DNA of 64,000 bases. Origin: an uncultured Candidatus Saccharibacteria bacterium (GTDB lineage Bacteria > Patescibacteriota > Doudnabacteria > UBA920). Under the pieces are notes generated by a model. It did not search any database and was not told the origin of the DNA. It saw only the letters and a program-made list of their open reading frames with translations. The stretch lies in contig CAYVOF010000002.1 in the NCBI GenBank assembly GCA_964453405.1, positions 10,825-74,824 on the forward strand, read 5' to 3'. This document shows, piece after piece, positions 48,700 through 58,138 of this stretch (positions are counted from its first letter, which is position 1; each line of letters begins with the position of its first letter). The position numbers and the translations under genes were made by a program.

Positions 48700-49149
48700 A
48701 TGAATATAACATTTAGACCAGTTTACAAAATTATTGTGCTGATGATCTTGATGCTTTTTGTCGGTTCGGCCACTGGTTGCAAATCGGATGCCAAAATTGC
48801 TGAAGCTAAGGTGGAAAAGGAAATAGAAAGGGAACAAAAGTTAACCCAGCTTAAAACGTACTCAGACGAAACTTGGACAGTAAAGCAAATTAATTTGCAA
48901 AACGATTCTTCTATAACAAATGATAATACATACGCTGTGATTATCGAAAACCCGAAGGGCGAGCGTAGGTATCTCAAGGCTGTAGAATCAAACCGTAGAG
49001 ACTATGGCAAATTACAAAGTTGGATGCTGGCCCACGATGACCAATTAAAATTTGCCATTAATGAATCAGTTTCTGTATTTAATTCTGAAGGTGACTTGCC
49101 CTATCTAATACTCGTGGAGAGAAATGGTAAAGTTATGACTCCTCATTAA
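48700..49149 (+). CDS. Hypothetical lipoprotein
   Basis: Hydrophobic N-terminus ending SATG-C (lipobox-like); AGGAGG SD; terminator at 49138-49163. Confidence 0.75.
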   Translation: MNITFRPVYKIIVLMILMLFVGSATGCKSDAKIAEAKVEKEIEREQKLTQLKTYSDETWTVKQINLQNDSSITNDNTYAVIIENPKGERRYLKAVESNRRDYGKLQSWMLAHDDQLKFAINESVSVFNSEGDLPYLILVERNGKVMTPH

Positions 49150-49239
49150 CGAGGAGTTTTTTATTGACTAACTTCTTTAAAATCTATACAATTCAAAACC
49201 TAAGATAAACTCTTAGATAAAAATATAAGGAGGTGTAAT

Positions 49240-49479
49240 ATGAATTACCCAATATTCAAACAGCGATGGGTTAAAACCTTGCCTGATGGCAAAGTTGCAG
49301 AAGTGTACTCTATACACCTCACCCCAGAATCAGCAATTGAATTTATCGAACAGCAAAGACTCCAGCCAACATACCCAGAATATATAGCTACTGGTCATCC
49401 CGTGCCAGATATGGTCAACGAAGAAATTTTTAATTACTTAACTACGGCCAAAAATTGGTGGACAGAAGAAGAACATTAA
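49240..49479 (+). CDS. Hypothetical protein
   Basis: TTGACT-17-TACAAT (49164-49192), TAAGGAGGT SD, terminator at 49497-49527. Confidence 0.75.
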   Translation: MNYPIFKQRWVKTLPDGKVAEVYSIHLTPESAIEFIEQQRLQPTYPEYIATGHPVPDMVNEEIFNYLTTAKNWWTEEEH

Positions 49480-49525
49480 GTAAATCAGAATTAACAAAAC
49501 GCACCCGTTTGGATGCGTTTTTATT

Positions 49526-50011
49526 TTATATGTCGTCAAAGTTGGGTTTGATTTCTTCGTCCGCTTCTGTTTCGACTAAAGGTTGAGCTAATGGCATACC
49601 AAAACTTGGATCCATTACTTCTTCTCGCAAGTCATATTGAGGTGGCTCTTGTCGGCCGTAGGGTTGGTTGATAAACAAATCTTTGGCGCGTTTAGAAAGA
49701 ATATTTTTTATCGGCGTCGGCATGATTACCGAATGAGGTGCTGTGTTAGGTACATCATCTGCAATAGTTTCTAGATTAATGTTTGTAGTGTCCACGATAT
49801 CGGTGAGCTGGGCTTCTAATATTTCACGGTTAATTTTTTCTGGGTCTGGACCAGTAGGAGTTGAACTTGCTACGCCAGTCAAAACCGTACCACCAGCCAT
49901 GCGCTGATATTCAGCAAAGGACAAAAATACACCCTTCACTTTCCCATCTTCGCCAACAATCATTACTTTTCCATCTTGCCCTGCAAATTGTATTAAATCT
50001 TTAAGGTTCAT
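49526..50011 (-). CDS. Hypothetical protein with Phd/YefM-like N-terminus
   Basis: KVMIVGEDGKVKGVFLSFAEYQR; TTGCCA-17-TATAGT lies 7 nt before ATG 50011. Confidence 0.65.
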   Translation of the reverse strand: MNLKDLIQFAGQDGKVMIVGEDGKVKGVFLSFAEYQRMAGGTVLTGVASSTPTGPDPEKINREILEAQLTDIVDTTNINLETIADDVPNTAPHSVIMPTPIKNILSKRAKDLFINQPYGRQEPPQYDLREEVMDPSFGMPLAQPLVETEADEEIKPNFDDI

Positions 50012-50137
50012 ATTTAATACTATAGTCGGCTCAGTCAATATTGGCAAATAAATATGGGTTAAGCTTGGGATACTTACAAATCGCTTTACAAATCCAAATA
50101 GATTATCTACAAAGTAAAGTCTAAATAAGGAGGAAAA

Positions 50138-50347
50138 ATGGCAAAATATTTTGTTAGTGGTTTAATCACAACTGTTCGTTCTCAAGTTGGTGATGACAAT
50201 AAAAAACATTTTGATCGATTTATAGATTACCCGCTTATCGTTTCGGAAGCTGATTATGCTGACTTTAGAAACGAGCTTGCGGAAAAACTAAACGCACACC
50301 CAACAGATCTTGAAGTCACTAATCTGAATGTTCTTTTCAAAACCTGA
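50138..50347 (+). CDS. Hypothetical protein
   Basis: TAAGGAGG SD, TTTACA-17-TACAAA, terminator at 50354-50390. Confidence 0.7.
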   Translation: MAKYFVSGLITTVRSQVGDDNKKHFDRFIDYPLIVSEADYADFRNELAEKLNAHPTDLEVTNLNVLFKT

Positions 50348-50399
50348 CATTACAAAAACCGTCCCCATGTTAGAGACGGTTTTTTTATTTCTATTAAAT

Positions 50400-52529
50400 T
50401 TACTGCATACCCTTACGAACGTTCATGCCCGCACGGGATTCAATAATATTTGCGGCAACATTCTTTGGAACTTCTTCATAGTGATCAAATTCCATGATGC
50501 TGGATGCCTGACCTTGAGTCATAGAACGCAACTGTGTTGCATAACCAAACATTTCGGCTAGCGGTACAAATGCAGTTACAACCTTGCGACCAGTAATATC
50601 TTCCATATCCTGAATCTTAGCGCGCTTAGAGTTTAAGTCACCGATTACATCACCCATGTTAAGTTCTGGCGTAGTAACAACAACTTTCATGACTGGTTCT
50701 AAGATAATAGGATCACCTTTCTTAACAGCTTCTTGTAAACATTTTGAAGCAGCAATTTTGAAGGCCATTTCGGAAGAGTCAACTTCGTGATAGCTACCGT
50801 CGTAAACAGCAGCACTAAAGTCTACTAATGGATAACCGGCAATAACACCGTTTGCGGCAGATTCCTGAATACCTTTATCAATTGGCTTGATGTATTCTTT
50901 TGGAATTACACCACCAACAATTTCGTCTTTAAATTCATAACCCTTACCTGCTTCGAGCGGTTCGACACGCAAGTAAACGTGACCATATTGACCGCGTCCA
51001 CCAGACTGACGAATATACTTAACTTCGGCAGTAGCCATTTTCTTAAAGCTTTCTTTGTAAGCAACTTCTGGTTTACCGACGTTAGCCTCGACTTTGAATT
51101 CGCGCTTCATACGGTCTACCAAAATTTCTAAGTGCAATTCACCCATACCAGCAATAATTGTTTGCTGAGTTTCGTCGTTAGTAGAAACTTTAAAGGTTGG
51201 ATCTTCTTCTGCAAGTTTTTGCATCGCAATACCCATTTTTTCTTGATCAGCTTTGGTCTTAGGTTCGATCGCCATGCTGATAACTGGTTCTGCGAATTTA
51301 ATCTTTTCTAATTCGATTGGAGAAGATTCAGCACAAAGAGTATCAGCAGTGATAGTGTCTTTTGGACCTACCAACGCGCAGATGTCTCCAGCAAATACTT
51401 CTTTAACTTCGTCACGTTGATCAGCGCGCATACGTACGATACGACCAACGCGTTCTTTGTTACCGCTACGAGCGTTAAGTACGTAAGAACCGGCTTCCAA
51501 TTTACCAGAGTAAACCCGGAAGAAAGCTAAACGTCCAACGAAAGGATCAGTTGCAATTTTAAATGCCAAAGCAGTAAATGGTTCGTCATCAGTTGGATGA
51601 CGAAGTAGTTCTTCACCAGTTTTTGGGTTATGACCTTTAACTGGTTCTTTGTCGGTTGGAGATGGCAAGAAGTTAGCAACACCGTCTAATAATGTACGCA
51701 CAATGATCCCGCGACCGTCACCACCGAATACTGGGAAGAATTCACCAGAGCGAGTAGCTTTGCGAATCGCTAGCAATAATTCTTCTTCGGTAAGTTCTTT
51801 ACCTTCTAAATATTTTTCCATTAACTGATCGTCGAATTCAACAACTTTTTCAATCAATTCGTGGCGGTACTTTTCACACTTTTCTTTTAAGTCCGCTGGT
51901 ACTTCACCGATGGTAAATTCTTTGTCAGTAAAATCTTTGTAGGTATAGGACTTCATTTGAACAAGGTCAACAACACCAACAATGTCTTTTTCAAATCCAA
52001 TTGGAATTTGAACAGGAAAAGCATTCTTAGTTAAACGGTTGTGAATTGATTCAAGCGATTTAAAGAAGTCACCACCGGTTTGGTTGATTTTGTTAATGAA
52101 GCACATGCGTGGTACGCCGTACTTGTCGGCTTGGCGCCACACAGTTTCGGACTGAGGTTCTACACCCATTTTTCCGTCGAACACGGTAACTGCGCCGTCG
52201 AGTACGCGCAAAGAGCGCTCTACTTCTACGGTAAAGTCTACGTGACCTGGAGTGTCGATAATGTTAATTTTGTATTCTGGAAGTTCGTCCGCTAACTTAA
52301 CGTACTGAGGCTTCCAATAACAAGTTACAGCCGCGGATGTAATTGTAATACCGCGTTCGCGTTCTTGTTCCATCCAGTCGGTCACAGTTTCACCTTCGTG
52401 AACCGCACCGATCTTGTGGATCATACCGGTGTTGTACAAGATACCTTCGGTAGTTGTAGTTTTACCAGCGTCGATGTGAGCGATAATCCCGATATTACGG
52501 GTCGCTTCTATTTGATAATCTCTGGGCAT
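50400..52529 (-). CDS. fusA: Elongation factor G (atypical G4/G5 motifs)
   Basis: [47 protein letters not shown]; str-operon position. Confidence 0.97.
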   Translation of the reverse strand: MPRDYQIEATRNIGIIAHIDAGKTTTTEGILYNTGMIHKIGAVHEGETVTDWMEQERERGITITSAAVTCYWKPQYVKLADELPEYKINIIDTPGHVDFTVEVERSLRVLDGAVTVFDGKMGVEPQSETVWRQADKYGVPRMCFINKINQTGGDFFKSLESIHNRLTKNAFPVQIPIGFEKDIVGVVDLVQMKSYTYKDFTDKEFTIGEVPADLKEKCEKYRHELIEKVVEFDDQLMEKYLEGKELTEEELLLAIRKATRSGEFFPVFGGDGRGIIVRTLLDGVANFLPSPTDKEPVKGHNPKTGEELLRHPTDDEPFTALAFKIATDPFVGRLAFFRVYSGKLEAGSYVLNARSGNKERVGRIVRMRADQRDEVKEVFAGDICALVGPKDTITADTLCAESSPIELEKIKFAEPVISMAIEPKTKADQEKMGIAMQKLAEEDPTFKVSTNDETQQTIIAGMGELHLEILVDRMKREFKVEANVGKPEVAYKESFKKMATAEVKYIRQSGGRGQYGHVYLRVEPLEAGKGYEFKDEIVGGVIPKEYIKPIDKGIQESAANGVIAGYPLVDFSAAVYDGSYHEVDSSEMAFKIAASKCLQEAVKKGDPIILEPVMKVVVTTPELNMGDVIGDLNSKRAKIQDMEDITGRKVVTAFVPLAEMFGYATQLRSMTQGQASSIMEFDHYEEVPKNVAANIIESRAGMNVRKGMQ

Positions 52530-52574
52530 AATTTAATGGTTAATTTATAGTGTTTTTGGGTTTTTGTTCAATAC

Positions 52575-52603
52575 TTGACAATTTTATAATTATATGATAT
52601 AAT
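52575..52603 (+). promoter_or_regulatory. Perfect-consensus sigma70 promoter
   Basis: TTGACA-17-TATAAT with TG extension. Confidence 0.85.
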
Positions 52604-52630
52604 GTAGTCAAACTGAGTTGGAGGAACTTT

Positions 52631-52828
52631 ATGAAAGCTAAAAATGTTGTTGGAATAATTCTGATCATTCTTGGAATAATTACCATTCTGTTCGGCCTTA
52701 TCGAAACAAACTGGTTGAGTATGTGGGAACTAGTTACACAAAGATTCGTTACCGGGTGGAAATTAATCCTTAGCATCATTATTGGTTGTATTCTTATACT
52801 GTCAGGTCGATATCTTCGACAGAGGTAA
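52631..52828 (+). CDS. Small 2-TM membrane protein inserted between rpsG and fusA
   Basis: GGAGG SD, two hydrophobic helices, terminator at 52848-52881. Confidence 0.75.
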   Translation: MKAKNVVGIILIILGIITILFGLIETNWLSMWELVTQRFVTGWKLILSIIIGCILILSGRYLRQR

Positions 52829-52890
52829 AAGAATTACAACAGTTTGGGATCCGCCTAGTTTTACTGGCGGATTTTTTATTTCCCTGTTCC

Positions 52891-53403
52891 CTACTTACGC
52901 TTCGCACCGAATCTTGCAAAGTGAGCGAAAGCTTTGTTGGCTTCGGCCATACGGTGAGTGTCTTCACGCTTCTTTACTGCAGCACCGGTCTTGTTAAATG
53001 CATCAACAACTTCCTGTGCTAACTTAGTAGCCATAGGCGCACCTTTGCGGGCGCGTGCGGCTGCGATCATCCATTTCATTCCAAGTGCAGTGCGGCGAGG
53101 TTCTTGAACTTCCATTGGTACCTGATAGTTAGAACCACCAATACGGCGACCTTTAATTTCCATAATTGGGCAAACATTTTTTAAAGCGATGTCAAAAATT
53201 TGACGAGCGTCGGTAACTTCGGCATCTTTGTTTGCCTTCATCTTTTCTTCAACAATATCTAATGCAGAATAAAAGATTTTTTGCGAAACAGTTTTCTTAC
53301 CGCGTTCCATCAAATAGTTAATGAACTTAGCGTACTTTACACTGCTAAATTTTGGATCTGGTTCTGGAGTGTGTTTTTCGTAACTACGTGCTCTTCGTGG
53401 CAT
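52891..53403 (-). CDS. rpsG: 30S ribosomal protein S7
   Basis: RRIGGSNYQVP, HRMAEANKAFAH. Confidence 0.98.
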   Translation of the reverse strand: MPRRARSYEKHTPEPDPKFSSVKYAKFINYLMERGKKTVSQKIFYSALDIVEEKMKANKDAEVTDARQIFDIALKNVCPIMEIKGRRIGGSNYQVPMEVQEPRRTALGMKWMIAAARARKGAPMATKLAQEVVDAFNKTGAAVKKREDTHRMAEANKAFAHFARFGAKRK

Positions 53404-53451
53404 GTGAGTTTTTCCTTTCTATAATTTCTATGGCGCGAGCCATAAATAAAT

Positions 53452-53877
53452 TTAAGCAGCGGCAGATGGACGCTTGGTTCCATACTTACTGCGAGAGCGT
53501 TTTCGACCGTCAACGCCTAAAGTGTCGAGCTTACCTCGAACAATGTGATAACGAACACCAGGTAAATCTTTTACACGACCACCACGGATCATGACTACAC
53601 TGTGTTCCTGCAAGTTATGACCAACTCCTGGAATGTAAGCAAGAACTTCCATACCGTTAGTTAATTTAACTTTTGCAATCTTACGTAAAGCCGAGTTTGG
53701 CTTTTTTGGTGTAGAAGTATACACCTTGAGACATACACCACGCATAAATGGCGCGCCAGTTTTGATGAACAAAGTTTTGTTCTTGATCAAGTTTTGGCGA
53801 CGCTGTAATGCCGGTGATGCACTTTTCGTGGTAAGAGGCTTACGCGCCTTACGCACCAATTGGTTAATTGTTGGCAT
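53452..53877 (-). CDS. rpsL: 30S ribosomal protein S12
   Basis: [28 protein letters not shown]. Confidence 0.99.
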   Translation of the reverse strand: MPTINQLVRKARKPLTTKSASPALQRRQNLIKNKTLFIKTGAPFMRGVCLKVYTSTPKKPNSALRKIAKVKLTNGMEVLAYIPGVGHNLQEHSVVMIRGGRVKDLPGVRYHIVRGKLDTLGVDGRKRSRSKYGTKRPSAAA

Positions 53878-54092
53878 CTATTGATGACCTTTCTTTAATT
53901 GCTGGGGGCACTCGCGCTGCGCATGTTACGCCGCGCGCCCAATTAATTTACAAAATAAAAACAGGCATAGAGCCAGTCTCTATAGTTCGCTATTTTGGTA
54001 CTCTGACGAAGCCTGTGCCAGTTGTTTCCCAATTTAGCGGCAAATGTGCCAGTAATTCCTTAAGTTAGGGGCTTCTAATGAATTGTGTTCAG

Positions 54093-54154
54093 ATTATATC
54101 AATAATTGTATATTTGGTCAAATATTGACAGGGCACGATAAAAAATGACAGAAT
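54093..54154. promoter_or_regulatory. Back-to-back promoters (rpsL on minus; 54176 ORF on plus)
   Basis: Minus TTGACC-17-TATAAT; plus TTGACA at 54125-54130 with a weaker CAGAAT; -35 boxes 3 bp apart. Confidence 0.7.
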
Positions 54155-54175
54155 CTAATTTCAAAGGAGGAAAAT

Positions 54176-54913
54176 ATGTCACAACTACTAAGTCTGGACG
54201 ATCCAGAAGTAATTAAGGTAAAAAGAATTTTTGAAGCAAATAAAATTAGCTACAACAGAGGTGATCATAAAGGAGTTTTGACCTTTGATGAATTATTCAC
54301 TTTATTCTCAGATCCCGCTAACACTTTTGCCAAAATTGGTAAACTCGATAAAACATGTAAACAAAATATGAGTGTTAAGTACGCTACGTATTTTGCTCCC
54401 TTGTTCCCGATAGATTTAGAAACGGGAATGGGACGGAGAAAAGCTGCCAGACAACTAAGATGGCAAAATAATTTCCACCCCGAAAGCCCTGCAGGATTAT
54501 TAGCTAACTTGATTAAGGAAAAGCAGATACAGCTTAATGTAAATGGGATATCCCAAGCTTCTGGACCCGCTAAACCAATGTGGCACTATGTCAAGATTAA
54601 TGACAATCTCATCTTTGTCGCCATATGTAAACAGTCTACCCCTCAACCGCACACCATTAGAAAGTATTTTAGATTCTCTCTAAGTAATAAGACTTTAGCA
54701 AAGGTTGAATTCGTTTGCTTTATCACCATGTGTTCGTCAGGTCCAGACGTATATATTCTTTCGAAAAAAGATTTCAGTCATCACAACAGTCGTAGCAATG
54801 TTTACTACATTCCTGACCCAGAAAGTCCGAAAATCGGTTATGGGGCCAACCCTATAATTAATTGGGGGTTCCATAAAAATAACTGGGCACTATTAGACCA
54901 AAACGCGAAATAA
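54176..54913 (+). CDS. Hypothetical protein, possible HTH plus degenerate PD-(D/E)xK-like fold
   Basis: AAAGGAGG SD; TFAKIG..TCKQN HTH-like segment; C-terminal HKNNWALL; terminator at 54901-54931. Confidence 0.6.
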   Translation: MSQLLSLDDPEVIKVKRIFEANKISYNRGDHKGVLTFDELFTLFSDPANTFAKIGKLDKTCKQNMSVKYATYFAPLFPIDLETGMGRRKAARQLRWQNNFHPESPAGLLANLIKEKQIQLNVNGISQASGPAKPMWHYVKINDNLIFVAICKQSTPQPHTIRKYFRFSLSNKTLAKVEFVCFITMCSSGPDVYILSKKDFSHHNSRSNVYYIPDPESPKIGYGANPIINWGFHKNNWALLDQNAK

Positions 54914-54977
54914 CTTCGCGTTTTTTATTTTGATATTTTAACAGCTTTTCACCTATTTTCAGCCTTTTTATAGCCTA

Positions 54978-55006
54978 TTGACAAAAACTGTATTATATGC
55001 TATAAT
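54978..55006 (+). promoter_or_regulatory. Perfect-consensus sigma70 promoter
   Basis: TTGACA-17-TATAAT with TG extension. Confidence 0.85.
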
Positions 55007-55085
55007 TAGCAATTAAATCTTATAGCGGCTGTTTAGTTATCTAGCCAGTCGCTTAGATCTAACGCTTGTACATTTACAAAAAGCA

Positions 55086-55179
55086 GAGATTGTCTCGCTA
55101 ATTAAGTCCCCCAGCAAAAACCGTAACATATTTATTTAGTACGAACTTTTACTGAGGGCTTAAACTAGCGAGGCAACTC
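55086..55179 (+). ncRNA. Candidate structured leader RNA (long rod-like hairpin)
   Basis: GAGATTGTCTCGCTAATTAAGTCCCCCAGCAAAAACCGTA pairs with TACGAACTTTTACTGAGGGCTTAAACTAGCGAGGCAACTC. Confidence 0.45.
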
Positions 55180-55251
55180 GTGAAATTTTTTGGCACCGGC
55201 CCCAGGCCACTGTCAATTCGTTACTCACTTCAGAATATAGGAGATAAAAAA

Positions 55252-56073
55252 GTGAAAATACCTTTCGAAATTTGTATTAAAGCGAGCGAATTCTTTAACC
55301 ACATGGCAATCGGTCTCAAGGGCAAGTTTTGCCCATTCGACGATGGTCAACATTGGCCCGAGCTCACGATCAGCCACACAAAAGACGGCAAGATCGAAAT
55401 TTCAAACGATCGAAACGGCCTAATAACGATGAACCAGGATGATACACTCAACGTGAATCAGAAAGGACACATCGGCTTAATCTTCGGACCAGCCCGCTTC
55501 GGTAAAAATCGCGTTAAGGCAGCAATCGCAGCAACCTCACTACTCAGCCGGGATGTTGAATTCAATAATACCGATGTGTTCATCCCTATGAATGGACACT
55601 ATGTAATCGTGTTTGACGCTAACAAGCCTGACGGTCAGCATGAGCAAAGAATCAACGAAGTCGGCACAGTCGTCCAAGGACACGACGCTGTAATTCTCTT
55701 CGACCGAAACGACAACCCGGTTAAGGCTTGGCTTCGGAACGACGCGCAAACCACACTCGCCTTTTTGGCCAGCTGTGCAAAACGCAAACCGTCAGGAGCG
55801 ATGCAAATCTTCTTTGACCGCGGCCTCGAAGCATTCAATGCTACCGTAGCGGCGAATGCGCTCAAGAGCCAGCGTAATACAGAGCTGGAAGCGCTGACCA
55901 AGAAGCTCGAAGTCAACAAACCAGTCAAGGTCATGGTCGGCAACAAAAAATTCGTCGTCAGTTGGCGCAAAGTCAACCGCGGCGAAATGGTCAGCGCAAA
56001 ACGAGCTGATCTCAGAACCCTGTACGATACGGGTGTTCTCCACGAGATCGTCGCCCAGGTTTCGACTCATTAA
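55252..56073 (+). CDS. Hypothetical protein (GC-richer than the host average)
   Basis: AGGAG SD before GTG 55252 (in frame with the 55180 ORF); terminator at 56099-56137. Confidence 0.75.
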   Translation: MKIPFEICIKASEFFNHMAIGLKGKFCPFDDGQHWPELTISHTKDGKIEISNDRNGLITMNQDDTLNVNQKGHIGLIFGPARFGKNRVKAAIAATSLLSRDVEFNNTDVFIPMNGHYVIVFDANKPDGQHEQRINEVGTVVQGHDAVILFDRNDNPVKAWLRNDAQTTLAFLASCAKRKPSGAMQIFFDRGLEAFNATVAANALKSQRNTELEALTKKLEVNKPVKVMVGNKKFVVSWRKVNRGEMVSAKRADLRTLYDTGVLHEIVAQVSTH

Positions 56074-56145
56074 TTTCACACTGCTTTTTTGTAAATATGC
56101 CCCGACGTTTGTAATGAACGTCGGGCTTTTTTTATTTCAAAATTT

Positions 56146-56751
56146 TTAAAAACTGATTCCGAATAGTCTAAAAAATAAGGTAACGACTGGAGATAAAATT
56201 TTATCCAATATCCCTAAAAATAAGAAAATTACCACAATCATGAATCCATAGCGCTCCATTTCGAGCAGTTTGTACATAATATTATACGGCAGCATCGAAG
56301 CCAAAAGTTTACTGCCATCCAACGGCGGGATAGGTAGAATATTAAATACAGCTAACACTAAATTTATTTTCACAGCGTACAACCAAATATCCGCCACCAC
56401 ACCAGAAACCAATCCAAATTTAACTGGTAATATAAAAAGAACGGCCAATACCAAATTACTTAGTGGTCCAGCCAAGGATACCAAGGCCATCCCCCATCGT
56501 TTAGGATGAAGATTATTAAAATTAACAGGTACAGGCTTAGCTGCTCCAAATACAATCGGACTACCAACCGCTAGTAATAATCCGGGTAACAAAATAGAAC
56601 CAAACGGATCAATATGCGGAATTGGATTGAGGGTTATTCGGCCTTCGTCACGGGCAGTGCTATCCCCTAACTTTTCGGCCATTAATCCATGACTAACTTC
56701 GTGCACAATTGCAGAGAACAATAATATAACTAATGTAATTAAGATTTCCAT
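56146..56751 (-). CDS. Site-2 protease (M50) family protein
   Basis: HEVSHG, NP..H.DPFG, AGP.SN, FNILPIPPLDG. Confidence 0.93.
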   Translation of the reverse strand: MEILITLVILLFSAIVHEVSHGLMAEKLGDSTARDEGRITLNPIPHIDPFGSILLPGLLLAVGSPIVFGAAKPVPVNFNNLHPKRWGMALVSLAGPLSNLVLAVLFILPVKFGLVSGVVADIWLYAVKINLVLAVFNILPIPPLDGSKLLASMLPYNIMYKLLEMERYGFMIVVIFLFLGILDKILSPVVTLFFRLFGISF

Positions 56752-56788
56752 ACTGATATTTTAGCATAAATAAAAAAGCCTTGAATGT

Positions 56789-57313
56789 TCAAGGCTTATC
56801 ATCAAAGTCCAAACCAAGATCACCTTGGTTAACTTCTTTGGAAATAAATACCATAATTTGTTCGTATGTTCCAAGCTTTGCATCTAGCTTAGTAATAACT
56901 TCACGAGAGTCATTTTCAATTAGAGCTTGATCTTTCTTGGAAAAACTTAGAGTCAGTGGTTTTAAATAAACATTGCCCGAAAAAATTACACCTGGACAGA
57001 ACTTAACTTTACCAGATAAAACAACTGTTTCGATTACATTGTTTGGTTCTGTTAATTTGGTGTATTCAATCTTGACGTCGCCAGCTTGCAAAGTAGTAAT
57101 AGTTGTATCGCCGTCTACAAACCAATGGTCAAGAACTTTCAAATTTTTACTTACATCACTGAATATAAGATCAGGTGTAACCTGACCAGCCAATTTGATT
57201 CTTTGGGTTTGTAAAGAAAAAAAATCAATGACTGTGTAAAATAACAGACCCAATAATAAAGTTATCGCCAAGAGCAATGCGTAATCGTAGACATCAAACG
57301 AAGCAAAATTCAT
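56789..57313 (-). CDS. Hypothetical single-TM protein
   Basis: AGGAGGT SD before ATG 57313; TTGACT-17-TATAAT (57364-57336); terminator at 56768-56797. Confidence 0.7.
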   Translation of the reverse strand: MNFASFDVYDYALLLAITLLLGLLFYTVIDFFSLQTQRIKLAGQVTPDLIFSDVSKNLKVLDHWFVDGDTTITTLQAGDVKIEYTKLTEPNNVIETVVLSGKVKFCPGVIFSGNVYLKPLTLSFSKKDQALIENDSREVITKLDAKLGTYEQIMVFISKEVNQGDLGLDFDDKP

Positions 57314-57439
57314 AATACCTCCTGTACTTTGGAGTATTATAGATAAAAACCTTCGTTTAGTCAAGAATAAGACCGGACTCTTGCCAAATTTCTAATAAAA
57401 GTGTATACTAGCTAAGTATCTAATTTAACTATCAAATTT

Positions 57440-57631
57440 ATGCCAAGAATGTGCACCATTTGCGGCAAGACTTACTCCAAAACTGTTAAGCGTTCCCACA
57501 GTATGCGTGGCTCAATCGTTCGATTGAAGTCCAATCTACAATGGACTCGCAACGAAGACAATAACCGAGTTAAGGCTTGTACCCGCTGTATCAAAGCAAA
57601 GACTAAAAAACTAACTAAAGTCGCTGCTTAA
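57440..57631 (+). CDS. rpmB: 50S ribosomal protein L28
   Basis: CTICGK, RSHS, NLQ, CTRCIK; TTGCCA-17-TATACT promoter; terminator at 57631-57662. Confidence 0.9.
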   Translation: MPRMCTICGKTYSKTVKRSHSMRGSIVRLKSNLQWTRNEDNNRVKACTRCIKAKTKKLTKVAA

Positions 57632-57670
57632 AAAAACCGCTCTATAACAGAGGCGGTTTTTTGTTTTACT

Positions 57671-58138
57671 TTATTTATTGAGTTGTTGAATTTCCTTGGT
57701 CAATTTAGTAGCGATATACACCCAGATTATATATGGCACCAAAAGTAGCGCAGCAAAGTGAGAAGTTATAAACATGATGATAGCCGCAACAATTGTAGTG
57801 GCGTTTAAATACTGCATCCACTTGATGGATTTTTTAAAATTATGTTCCACAAAAAAAGCTTTGTTCCAGTAGGCGTTAAGATAAGCATTAACTAACATTA
57901 TCGCACCCACAACATACTGCCAAACCCCAAAGGCTGGGACATTCCAAAACCACAACATTGCAAAGCCTGTTAATAGATATAATATAGTCCAAATCTGCCC
58001 AATCATCTGACCCGTTGGTGTCCACTTTGGTTTGTGCAAATGTGAATACCAACCGTGCAGACCGCGCTTTGTAAAGCGGCTGCCTTTGTAAGCAGTAAAA
58101 GCAATGATCGCAGGAATAATAAGAAAATTAAATTTCAT
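57671..58138 (-). CDS. TspO/MBR-family protein
   Basis: WY..L.KP.WTP, IWT.LY, LN..W...FF, LL.PY..W. Confidence 0.9.
   Translation of the reverse strand: MKFNFLIIPAIIAFTAYKGSRFTKRGLHGWYSHLHKPKWTPTGQMIGQIWTILYLLTGFAMLWFWNVPAFGVWQYVVGAIMLVNAYLNAYWNKAFFVEHNFKKSIKWMQYLNATTIVAAIIMFITSHFAALLLVPYIIWVYIATKLTKEIQQLNK

Noticed and set aside
33190-55179. Palindromes as integron attC sites
   Set aside because: They lack paired RYYYAAC/GTTRRRY ends, conservation is central rather than terminal, they do not flank the orphan units, and no integrase is present.
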